A stretch of DNA of 64,000 bases from NCBI GenBank assembly GCA_964645585.1, contig CAZYAN010000013.1, positions 754-64,753 on the forward strand. Reading direction: 5' to 3'. The position numbers were made by a program, and so were the translations under genes. Origin of the DNA: an uncultured Opitutales bacterium. Its GTDB lineage: Bacteria > Verrucomicrobiota > Verrucomicrobiia > Opitutales > T3Sed10-336. The notes below the pieces were generated by a model that worked only from the letters and a program-made list of their open reading frames with translations, was not told the origin of the DNA and did not search any database. Position 1 is the stretch's first letter, and every line of letters begins with the position of its first letter. This document shows, in pieces, positions 8,080 to 15,846 of the stretch.

Positions 8080-9580
8080 CGCTGCGGTTCATGAGTCGGA
8101 ATTCGCGGGAGAGTGCGGGCGCGGGGCCGTCCATCGATCCTGCGCGCTGAAGAGTTTTCTTGCATTTTTGATCCTCCTGATTGGTGCTGGCGCCTTGGCT
8201 GGAGCTGCGGAGCCGCTTCGTTATTATCTTTCGCCGGACGGGCAGGACAGCAACAGCGGCGAAAGTGCGGCCGAGCCGCTGCGAACCTTGGTTCGCGTGC
8301 ATCAGTTGCTCGTGCTTGCCAAGCCGCAGCGGGATGTTGAGGTGCTGATCGCCCCCGGACTTTACCAAGGCCAGAGGACGGTCTGGACGTACACACATCC
8401 CAATTATTCGATCACGTTCAAACCGGATTCTCCCGACTCGCCGATGCCGGTGTTCGATGGCGGTGTCCCCGACGGACAGGGCGGGTTCGATTACCCCGGC
8501 GGAACCTGGTTTCGCCTCAACCACAGCGCGGGTCAAGCGACGAATCTGGTTTTTCACCGCCTCCGGATCCAGAACTACTGGGACGCGATTTCCTTTAATG
8601 GAAACCGAAACAGCCAATCCGCCTTTAACGGCCGAAACATCATCCGCGAATGTTATTTTTATCGGATCGGCAATATTGTGAATCCCAGCCTGAACGGATC
8701 GACCGCTTGTATCCGTTTCGTCAATTCGAAATTCAATATTGTCGAGAATAATGATTTCGTGGATCTGATCAATACAACCGGGGGCGGCCTGCTCCATGCG
8801 ACTTACATCGCGCACTTGTCGGACAAAAATCAAATCCATCGCAATCGTTTTATCAACCATACCGGGGATCCTGTACGCGTCCGCGATTACTCCAACTTCA
8901 ACGATGTCGGTGACAACGTTTACATACGGGCCGGGACCGGTGGCGGCTACACGGAATGGTATTGCGATCACGACACCCGGACCGACTGCACCAAACCCGG
9001 CGGCGAATGCCCGTCGTGGGAGAATGAGTTTCGGTATAATTTCCTGGTTTCGACGTATACCGGGGGTCGGCTTCCCGCGTTTCAATATTTTCAGGACGAC
9101 GAAGCCTCCGGCTGCCTGTCACCCTTCGAAGGCGCGCGCCGTCTCTCCACAAGCGGAAACACACGTCCAGCCGGATTCTCGCCGTATGAACTTTGGCGTC
9201 ATCGCTACTTTGCGCCCGATGAGCGCGATCAGCCAGCGGCCGCTCCCGCCGCCGTGCCGATGGGAGATGGCTTGCCGAATCTGCTTAAGTTCGCATTCGG
9301 ATTGGATCCGCGCCGAGTGACGCCGCGTAGCCTGTACCCCGAGTTGAGCCGGAACGGGGAGGGCGACATCGTTCTCATCCATCCGCTCGATCCGGAGGCG
9401 GAGGGAGTGAATGTCGTGATCGACGAGTCGACGAACCTCAGCGACTGGCACCCGGTTTCACGGCTTTTAGAAGAAACCTATATACAAAACGGCCGGACGT
9501 GGCGGCGACTCACGGACTCGCAGCCAGCCGCGGCCGCGCCGCGCCGCTTCTATCGTGTTCGGGCCGTCGTCGCCGAGTAG
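8069..9580 (+). CDS. secreted right-handed parallel beta-helix protein (DUF1565-like N-terminus) with the same C-terminal module as the upstream gene
   Basis: Signal-like 'FLAFLILLIGAGALAGAAEP'. 'YYLSPDGQDSNSGESAAEPLRTL' is typical of DUF1565/pectate-lyase-fold proteins, followed by repetitive 'N..I..N.F' coils. C-terminal 'GDGLPNLLKFAFGL...RRFYRVRAVVAE'. Start is either ATG 8069 (11-nt overlap with the upstream stop) or ATG 8036. Confidence 0.82.
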   Translation: MSNSAAVHESEFAGECGRGAVHRSCALKSFLAFLILLIGAGALAGAAEPLRYYLSPDGQDSNSGESAAEPLRTLVRVHQLLVLAKPQRDVEVLIAPGLYQGQRTVWTYTHPNYSITFKPDSPDSPMPVFDGGVPDGQGGFDYPGGTWFRLNHSAGQATNLVFHRLRIQNYWDAISFNGNRNSQSAFNGRNIIRECYFYRIGNIVNPSLNGSTACIRFVNSKFNIVENNDFVDLINTTGGGLLHATYIAHLSDKNQIHRNRFINHTGDPVRVRDYSNFNDVGDNVYIRAGTGGGYTEWYCDHDTRTDCTKPGGECPSWENEFRYNFLVSTYTGGRLPAFQYFQDDEASGCLSPFEGARRLSTSGNTRPAGFSPYELWRHRYFAPDERDQPAAAPAAVPMGDGLPNLLKFAFGLDPRRVTPRSLYPELSRNGEGDIVLIHPLDPEAEGVNVVIDESTNLSDWHPVSRLLEETYIQNGRTWRRLTDSQPAAAAPRRFYRVRAVVAE

Positions 9581-9619
9581 TCCGGGAGGTTTGGCGCAAA
9601 GGATGACAGTTTAGCGCCA

Positions 9620-10495
9620 TCACTTCGGGAGCAAGCTTCGGTAGGCGGTGATCAGGCGGGAGACGATCGGTGACGGGCCTGGAGGCGCGCGCCAAAGAGT
9701 CCCGTCGGGAGTGAGGATTTCGGTGGCGGGGGTGATTTCCCTGAGTGAATTTGTGATAAAGACAGCTGCGGCTTTTTCAATATCGTCGAGAAATAAAGCC
9801 GGCGTGGAGGACTCAATATTCAGCTCCCGGGCGAGGCGGAGGACCGCGTCACGGGTGATCCCGGGAAGAAGGTGAGCGGAAATGTCCGGCGTCAAAAGGT
9901 GATCGTTTATCACAAGAAAAATATTGCTGGTCACACCCTCGGAAAGCCGGCCATCGGGTGTCAGCATCAGACCCTCATCGCCGGAAGCGGAGCGGCGTGT
10001 TTGCAGTTCTCGATGTGCCTGGATGCAGGTAATGAAATGCGCCGACTTGGGGCGGGGGGTGAATTCCGGAGGCAGCCGTCTCGTATTTAAAAGATGGATG
10101 CGCACTCCCGGCTCATTTCCTCGCTTGGGGAGAGGGCGAATGAAAACGATTTCGCGCGGCTCGCGGTACGGTCCGGCTGGAATGCCGCCTGGCGAGGTCC
10201 CGGCGGAGACTGTGATGCGAAAGACAGCATCGTCGACCTGATTTTCCAAGAGCAGCGAGCGAATGACTTCGTTAACGAAGGCCTGATCGGAAGCGAGGCG
10301 TGATTGCCGCCAGTCAATGCCGAAAGCGTCGCACCCGGACCGCAGTCGCGCGAGGTGCTGTTCGAGCAGGAAGGGCGAGCCGCGATAGGTCCGGAATGTT
10401 TCAAACAGATTGGCGCCGAAGAGAAAGCCGTGGTCATTTACCGGCAACGCCGCGGCCTCCTCTGGGACGAGTTTTCCTTCGAACCAGATCTTCAT
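9620..10495 (-). CDS. pabC: aminodeoxychorismate lyase / class IV aminotransferase-fold protein
   Basis: Class IV fold motifs ('NDHGFLFGANLFETFR', 'LLPGITRDAVL'). ATG at 10495 ('MKIWFEGKLV') overlaps the pabB stop by 4 nt (ATGA). The longer track ORF (to 10549) adds an R-rich extension that I consider unlikely. Confidence 0.8.
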   Translation of the reverse strand: MKIWFEGKLVPEEAAALPVNDHGFLFGANLFETFRTYRGSPFLLEQHLARLRSGCDAFGIDWRQSRLASDQAFVNEVIRSLLLENQVDDAVFRITVSAGTSPGGIPAGPYREPREIVFIRPLPKRGNEPGVRIHLLNTRRLPPEFTPRPKSAHFITCIQAHRELQTRRSASGDEGLMLTPDGRLSEGVTSNIFLVINDHLLTPDISAHLLPGITRDAVLRLARELNIESSTPALFLDDIEKAAAVFITNSLREITPATEILTPDGTLWRAPPGPSPIVSRLITAYRSLLPK

Positions 10496-12021
10496 GAGGA
10501 AGTGGATGGGGCGAGCATGCGGCGTTCGGCGGCCTCGACAGCGGCCCAAAGCGCGCGGCCTTTGTGGATCGATTCCTCATACTCGCGTTCGGGATCGGAG
10601 TCGATGACGATCCCCGCGCCGGCTTGGACGTGTGCTTCGCCATTCATGGCTAACAGGGTGCGGATGGTGATGTTGAGCTCCAGATCACCGTTGAATCCGA
10701 GCCAGCCGATCGATCCGGTGTAGGGACCGCGGCGGCTCGGTTCGAGTTCTTCGATGATCTCCATGGTCCGCACCTTCGGCGCGCCGGTGATCGTGCCGCC
10801 GGGAAAGGTCGCGGCGATGACGTCGAATCCGTCTTTGCCAGGAGCGAGACGGCCTTCGATGTGGGAGACAATGTGCATGACATGGGAATATCGTTCGACG
10901 GTCATGAACTCGCTCACGCGAACGGTTCCAAACTCTGAGACGCGGCCGAGATCGTTGCGGATCAGGTCAACCAGCATCAGGTGTTCGGCGCGTTCTTTCT
11001 CGTTGACAATCAAGTCCCGGTTCAACGCCTCATCTTGGTCCGCGTCGTCCCCGCGCGGCCGCGTGCCGGCGATAGGTCGCGCCTCCAGTTTTCCCTCGCG
11101 CAGGCGAACGAGGAGTTCGGGAGACCCGGAGACGAGCGAAAATCCAGGCAGGCGAAGGAGCGCCATGTAGGGCGACGGATTGATACGGCGAAGTTCCTCG
11201 TACACCGCTTCCGGCCGGGCGTGAAGCGGACGAGTTTCCCGGATGGAGAGATTGGTCTGATACGTATCGCCCGATCGAATGAAATTTTGAATACGCCGCA
11301 CCGCCGACATGAATTCATCGCGTGAGAAGGAAAAACGGGCGGGACCAGCGACTGCGGGATCGGTGAACACGGGCCGAGTTGGAGCAGCGGCCGCCGGTGG
11401 CGGCGTCCCGGCGTTAGCTCGCCAGCGCGCGTGCATCCGATCGATTTCGGCTTCCGCTTCCGCGTAGGCCGCCTCGATTTCAGCGGTTGTCGCGTGCGGA
11501 AGCGCCGGCTGGTGGAGCGCGCAGCAGAGTGTGTTCTCTTGGTGATCGAAGACGTACACGTTGTCGGCGATCGCGAACGCGGCGACGGGAACGTCGAGAT
11601 CGCGGTCGGCGATTGCTGGCAGTTTCTCGATCAGGCGAACCAGGTCATAGGAGAAAAACCCGACAAGCCCGCCGAGAAAAGGAGGGAAGCCGGGAAGACG
11701 CGGTGACCGGTTCCGCTGGCGCCACCCCCGCAAGACTTGCAGCGGCGGGCCGGGATACGATGCATCCAGCGCTGGCTTCGCGGAGCCGATGGTCAGCAGG
11801 CGCGTTTCGGAATCACCGCACACGAGGATCTGCTCAATCTTTGGAACAAGGATCGTGTAGCGGCCGGACTTGCCCGTTTCCAGCAGCGCGGAGAAAGGCG
11901 CGTCCTCCCACCAATTCAGCCAGCTGGCCGGCAAGGAAGCGTCCGAAAACACGCGCGCGAACGGCAAACGCGGGTATTCGCGCCACCATTGTGTCCAGTC
12001 TTTGCGAGAAGGTGCGGTCAT
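10492..12021 (-). CDS. pabB: aminodeoxychorismate synthase component I (chorismate-binding enzyme)
   Basis: Chorismate-binding core: 'SGSPELLVRL', 'EHLMLVDLIRNDLGRV', 'FPGGTITGAPKVRTMEIIEELE', 'RGPYTGSIGW'. Coupling to a PabC-like gene favours PabB over TrpE. Confidence 0.85.
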   Translation of the reverse strand: MTAPSRKDWTQWWREYPRLPFARVFSDASLPASWLNWWEDAPFSALLETGKSGRYTILVPKIEQILVCGDSETRLLTIGSAKPALDASYPGPPLQVLRGWRQRNRSPRLPGFPPFLGGLVGFFSYDLVRLIEKLPAIADRDLDVPVAAFAIADNVYVFDHQENTLCCALHQPALPHATTAEIEAAYAEAEAEIDRMHARWRANAGTPPPAAAAPTRPVFTDPAVAGPARFSFSRDEFMSAVRRIQNFIRSGDTYQTNLSIRETRPLHARPEAVYEELRRINPSPYMALLRLPGFSLVSGSPELLVRLREGKLEARPIAGTRPRGDDADQDEALNRDLIVNEKERAEHLMLVDLIRNDLGRVSEFGTVRVSEFMTVERYSHVMHIVSHIEGRLAPGKDGFDVIAATFPGGTITGAPKVRTMEIIEELEPSRRGPYTGSIGWLGFNGDLELNITIRTLLAMNGEAHVQAGAGIVIDSDPEREYEESIHKGRALWAAVEAAERRMLAPSTSS

Positions 12022-12152
12022 GACGTCTTACTCAAAAATCAACGCTAATGAACTCGCGTTCGCGGTGAAATAACAATCGCGTTGGGTCGCGCCAGCTGCT
12101 TGTGGAAGTGCCATTTTGGCGCTTCGAAATGGAAGCCCCTTCCGCGACTGCT

Positions 12153-13559
12153 TCACCCGAAGGCGATTGTCGCCACGATCACGGCGACGATAATGCCGGC
12201 CGCGTCAGCGATCAGGCCGGCGGGCACGGCGTGACGAGTGCGCCGCACGCCCACGGAGCCGAAGTAAACCGCCAGAACGTAGAACGTCGTTTCCGTGCTT
12301 CCAGAGATCGTTGCGCCCGCGCGGGCGAGAAAACTGTCCGGACCATGGGTCGCAATTAAATCGCCGAGCAAGGCGAGCGATCCGCTCCCGCTCAGCGGTC
12401 GCATCAACGACAGCGGGAGAAGCTCCACGGGGAAACGCAATACCGTCAGCACCGGCCCGAGACAATCGCCGATCACCTTGAGCCCGTCGGCTGCGCGGAA
12501 CATCCCGATGGCGACCAGGATCGCGACAAGGTAGGGAATGATCCGGATCGCGATTTGAAAACCCTCTTTGGCGCCTTCGACAAATTCTTCATAGACGTTG
12601 ACCTTGGCGAGGGCGGCGTAGAGGGCGAAAAACGAAAGAATAAACGGGATCGCGAGCGTTCCAATCGCATCGATGACGCGGACGAAAATGCTCGCCGACG
12701 GCTCTCCGGCCGCGGCGGCAAGGCCGATGGCGGAGCGGACAGACGGAAAGAGCTGGCCAAGAAACAAAAGCAGAAAAATGGCGACGAATGCGACGAGAAT
12801 CCAGCGGGCCCAGGCGCGCAACGGTTCTCCCTCTTCCAGCTCGAACGCCGCGGTGTCCGCCGGGTCGTTGCCGGTGCCGGCCTCATCATCGGTCTTTGGA
12901 ACGTTCGAATCCGTTGAACTGCTCGCGGCGGATCCGGCGGGAACGGCCGCGGCTGGGGCCAGCGCGACCGGCATCCGATACATCGGAAGTTTCTCGAGGA
13001 ATTTAACCGCGATCAGGCCGGCGGTCGTCGAACAGGTCGTCGCGATGAGCGCGGTGCCGACGAATGCGGTTGGCTGCACCGCGCCGCCCGCGGCCATCAA
13101 GCCGACAGCGCTGCTGGAAATCAGCGTGACCGAGCTGGTATTGATCACGAGAAAGGTGCACATTGCATTCGTCGCCACACCCGGGGTGGTGGAAAGTTTG
13201 TCGAGATCCTTCATCGCTTTCAGCCCGAACGGCGTGGCGGCATTGCCCAGGCCGAGCATATTCGCGGCGATATTCATGATCATTCCGCCCATCGCGGGAT
13301 GATTGACGGGCACTTCAGGGAAGAGAAAGCGCATGATCGGACGCAAGGCCCGGGCGAGGACCACGATAAACCCCGACTTCTCCGCGAGCCGCATCATCCC
13401 GAGCCAGAGAGCCATAACGCCGGCGAGAGGAAGCGCGAGATCCATGACGGAAACGCGGGCGTAATCGAAAGCGGCTTTGGTTACCTCCGGCATCAATCCC
13501 TTCCAGCCGCCGATGAGGACAGCCGCGAGGATCAGGCCGAGCCAGATATAATTGAGCAT
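12153..13559 (-). CDS. nucleoside-recognition (Gate) domain membrane protein, fused SpmA-like/SpmB-like halves
   Basis: Polytopic membrane protein. The N-terminal half starts 'MLNYIWLGLILAAVLIGGW' (SpmA-like). The halves are joined by the acidic linker 'SSSTDSNVPKTDDEAGTGNDPADTAAFELEEGE'. The track ORF extends to 13661; I prefer the ATG at 13559. Confidence 0.75.
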   Translation of the reverse strand: MLNYIWLGLILAAVLIGGWKGLMPEVTKAAFDYARVSVMDLALPLAGVMALWLGMMRLAEKSGFIVVLARALRPIMRFLFPEVPVNHPAMGGMIMNIAANMLGLGNAATPFGLKAMKDLDKLSTTPGVATNAMCTFLVINTSSVTLISSSAVGLMAAGGAVQPTAFVGTALIATTCSTTAGLIAVKFLEKLPMYRMPVALAPAAAVPAGSAASSSTDSNVPKTDDEAGTGNDPADTAAFELEEGEPLRAWARWILVAFVAIFLLLFLGQLFPSVRSAIGLAAAAGEPSASIFVRVIDAIGTLAIPFILSFFALYAALAKVNVYEEFVEGAKEGFQIAIRIIPYLVAILVAIGMFRAADGLKVIGDCLGPVLTVLRFPVELLPLSLMRPLSGSGSLALLGDLIATHGPDSFLARAGATISGSTETTFYVLAVYFGSVGVRRTRHAVPAGLIADAAGIIVAVIVATIAFG

Positions 13560-13650
13560 CCATTTCCGGTGTAAGACCGGCGCGAGGGACGGCAAGAAAG
13601 AAAGCCGCGATATCGCGGGCGCTTTCGTGAAAAGGGTCGTAAAAATGCCT

Positions 13651-13666
13651 GTTCGATGCATCGAAC
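13651..13666. promoter_or_regulatory. perfect 16-bp palindrome GTTCGATGCATCGAAC in a divergent promoter region
   Basis: Read directly from the sequence; it is its own reverse complement. Lies between the divergent genes starting at 13559 (-) and 13785 (+). The central ATGCAT supplies the spurious ATGs of track ORFs 13656(+) and 13661(-). Confidence 0.4.
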
Positions 13667-13784
13667 GGTTGACACGTCCCCGAATGCCCCTTTCCTGCCC
13701 GACTATGCCAGATGCACCTCAACCGCTGGTCGCCATGAAGGACGGCCTCCCAGAGAAATCATCCCTTCTTCGGGCGGTCGCGGC

Positions 13785-14555
13785 ATGACGGTTCGCATTC
13801 GCCTGCACGACGATTTCAGCCAGCCCGAGTGGCAGATGTGGATGGAGAACCTCCCGCGCCTCGCTCGAACGCTGCCGGACTCTCAGCTCCTTCGTCTTGG
13901 CCGCAACCGGGTGTATTGGGTGGAGCACCAGGGCGAGCGCTTTGTGTTGAAGCACTTCATCAACAAAGGCCCCTGGAAGAAAATTGCTTACCGGATCTCG
14001 AGCGGGAAAGCGCGGCGTTCGTATGAACATTCCGAAGCGCTGTTGCGGGCCGGTCTCCACAGTCCGCAGCCGGTCGGCTGGCGCGAGGACTGGAGCGGCG
14101 GGTTCTTAAAGGAAAGTTATTATATCAGCCGCCAGGTGCCGATCGCTCATACGATGCGAGCGATCAGGAGCGTTTCGGAGATCGATTGGCTGCCGCACGT
14201 CGAACGCGTCGGACAAGCCATCGCCCGCATGCATGAGGCGGGGCTTTTTCACTGTGATATGGCGGGGGGGAATATTCTGTTCGTCGAGAACGGCGAGCGG
14301 GACTGGCCGATTTGTTTTATCGACACGAATCGCATGCGCTTCGGAAAGATCGGCGTTCGCCAGGGGATTCGCGCGCTGTTGCAGCCGAAAGTCCGAGGTG
14401 CGCTGGCGGGGCCCTTTGTCGCGGCCTACGCTTCCGTTCGCGGTTTCGACCCCATCACCTGCCTCGATTTGTATAACAGCCTGCTTCCCGGCTATAACAG
14501 GAAGTGGCGTATCAAGAATCTTACCCGACCTTGGAGACGAAAAGTTGGCCTCTGA
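13785..14555 (+). CDS. lipopolysaccharide kinase (Kdo/WaaP/InaA) family protein
   Basis: 'RVYWVEHQGERFVLKHF', 'ARRSYEHSEALLRAGLHSPQPVGW', 'MHEAGLFHCDMAGGNILF' (catalytic-loop-like), 'FIDTNRM'. I prefer the ATG at 13785 ('MTVRIRLHDDF') over the track start at 13656. Confidence 0.8.
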   Translation: MTVRIRLHDDFSQPEWQMWMENLPRLARTLPDSQLLRLGRNRVYWVEHQGERFVLKHFINKGPWKKIAYRISSGKARRSYEHSEALLRAGLHSPQPVGWREDWSGGFLKESYYISRQVPIAHTMRAIRSVSEIDWLPHVERVGQAIARMHEAGLFHCDMAGGNILFVENGERDWPICFIDTNRMRFGKIGVRQGIRALLQPKVRGALAGPFVAAYASVRGFDPITCLDLYNSLLPGYNRKWRIKNLTRPWRRKVGL

Positions 14556-14637
14556 TCCGTTTTTTGCCGAAATTCCGTGGGATCCGCGAAGTGAGCAGCC
14601 TATTCGCATCCGTGACGACCGGCCCTGGCGAACGCGG

Positions 14638-15735
14638 GTGCGGTACGCGTGGCCGGAATACCTGAAATGCGCGGGATTGGCGCTCTGCAAAGCCGCGCCG
14701 ATTACGCTCCGTCATTGGAGGCTGGCGAAGGGACATGTTCCGAAAGGATGGGTCGGGCGGACCCATGATGTTCGCGATTTCATGGGACTGGCCATCGCAC
14801 TCCACTCGTGTCCTCCAGACCGCCTGGCCGATGAGATCGAGGAATTGGGGGTGAAGCATCTGCTCCTGCGAATTCCAGCCTGGGAAGTTGACCGACTGGG
14901 TGTTTATCGCCGATTCCTGGACCGGATGGCGGATCGGGAATTTGCCGTCGCGATCATGCAGAACCGCACCCATGTGCGTGATCTGGATGATTGGCGGGAA
15001 AGCCTGTACCGGATCATAAGCACCTGCTGGCCGCGTGTGAAAACGTTCCAGATCGGGCAGGGGATGAACCGGACAAAATGGGGATGTTTTGGAATCGATG
15101 AGTTTCTCCGTTTGGCGAGTGTCGCCGAGGAACTGCGTCCGCGGTATCCCGGAATCAAGTTCGTAGGCCCCGGCGCGCTCGATTTCGAGCCGCTGGCAAT
15201 AATGCGAGGCGTCAGTCACCGGTATCCAATTCGTTGGGACATTTCCGGCTCGGCGCTGTACGTGGACCGCCGCGGGTCGCCGAGGTCCCGGCAGTACAAA
15301 CTTTTCGACCTGAAGCACAAGATTTACAACACAGTCGCATGTGTTGCCGGATCGTCACGGGCAGGAAGGCGTTTGTGGATCACCGAAGTGAATTGGCCGC
15401 TGAAAGGTCAGGGAAAATATTCTCCCTCCGGCAGCCGTACATCGATTGGGGAAGAACCGGCCGCGCGGTATCTTGGGGAGTATTACGAAGATGCCTGGAG
15501 CACCGGGCTCGTCGAGCGCGTTTACTGGTGGCAGTTGGTGGCCAATGGCTTCGGACTGATCGATGTTGACGATTCCGGACGATTTCGTCGCCGTCCCTCC
15601 TACTATGTCTATCGCAACCTTCTGCGAAATGGGATTGGAGGTTCGGGCGGAGATTCTCATCCGGATCCAGATGAAACGCCATGGTCATCCGCGGACGGAT
15701 CGCATGAGGAAGCGGGGGCTGCAATCAGCCGTTGA
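14638..15735 (+). CDS. hypothetical protein, glycoside-hydrolase-like TIM-barrel (tentative)
   Basis: 'GVKHLLLRIPAWEV', 'RLWITEVNWPLKG' (resembles a GH clan-A nucleophile strand), 'VYWWQL'. The 3' end is firm. The 5' end is ambiguous (TTG 14543, GTG 14638 or ATG 14782), and the track ORF start at 14233 lies inside the kinase gene. Confidence 0.55.
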   Translation: MRYAWPEYLKCAGLALCKAAPITLRHWRLAKGHVPKGWVGRTHDVRDFMGLAIALHSCPPDRLADEIEELGVKHLLLRIPAWEVDRLGVYRRFLDRMADREFAVAIMQNRTHVRDLDDWRESLYRIISTCWPRVKTFQIGQGMNRTKWGCFGIDEFLRLASVAEELRPRYPGIKFVGPGALDFEPLAIMRGVSHRYPIRWDISGSALYVDRRGSPRSRQYKLFDLKHKIYNTVACVAGSSRAGRRLWITEVNWPLKGQGKYSPSGSRTSIGEEPAARYLGEYYEDAWSTGLVERVYWWQLVANGFGLIDVDDSGRFRRRPSYYVYRNLLRNGIGGSGGDSHPDPDETPWSSADGSHEEAGAAISR

Positions 15736-15846
15736 GCGCGGTGCGTTCCGGGGGGCGCGAAACGATGTGCCCCAACCTTTCGTTGACAGGCTGGTTTGAT
15801 GAGTGGAATAACTGCGACGCGTAGCTTCCCAAATCAGCGTAAACCT

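Noticed and set aside
12096-12125. Hairpin GAAGTGCCA-TTT-TGGCGCTTC between the Gate-domain gene and pabB.
   Set aside because: The stem is a good 9 bp with one G-U pair, but no U-run follows on either strand. I cannot support a terminator or a known RNA motif.
12903-12912. GTTCGAATCC, a T-arm-like tRNA signature.
   Set aside because: It is embedded in the Gate-domain membrane protein CDS. I could not build an acceptor stem, anticodon arm or D-arm around it.
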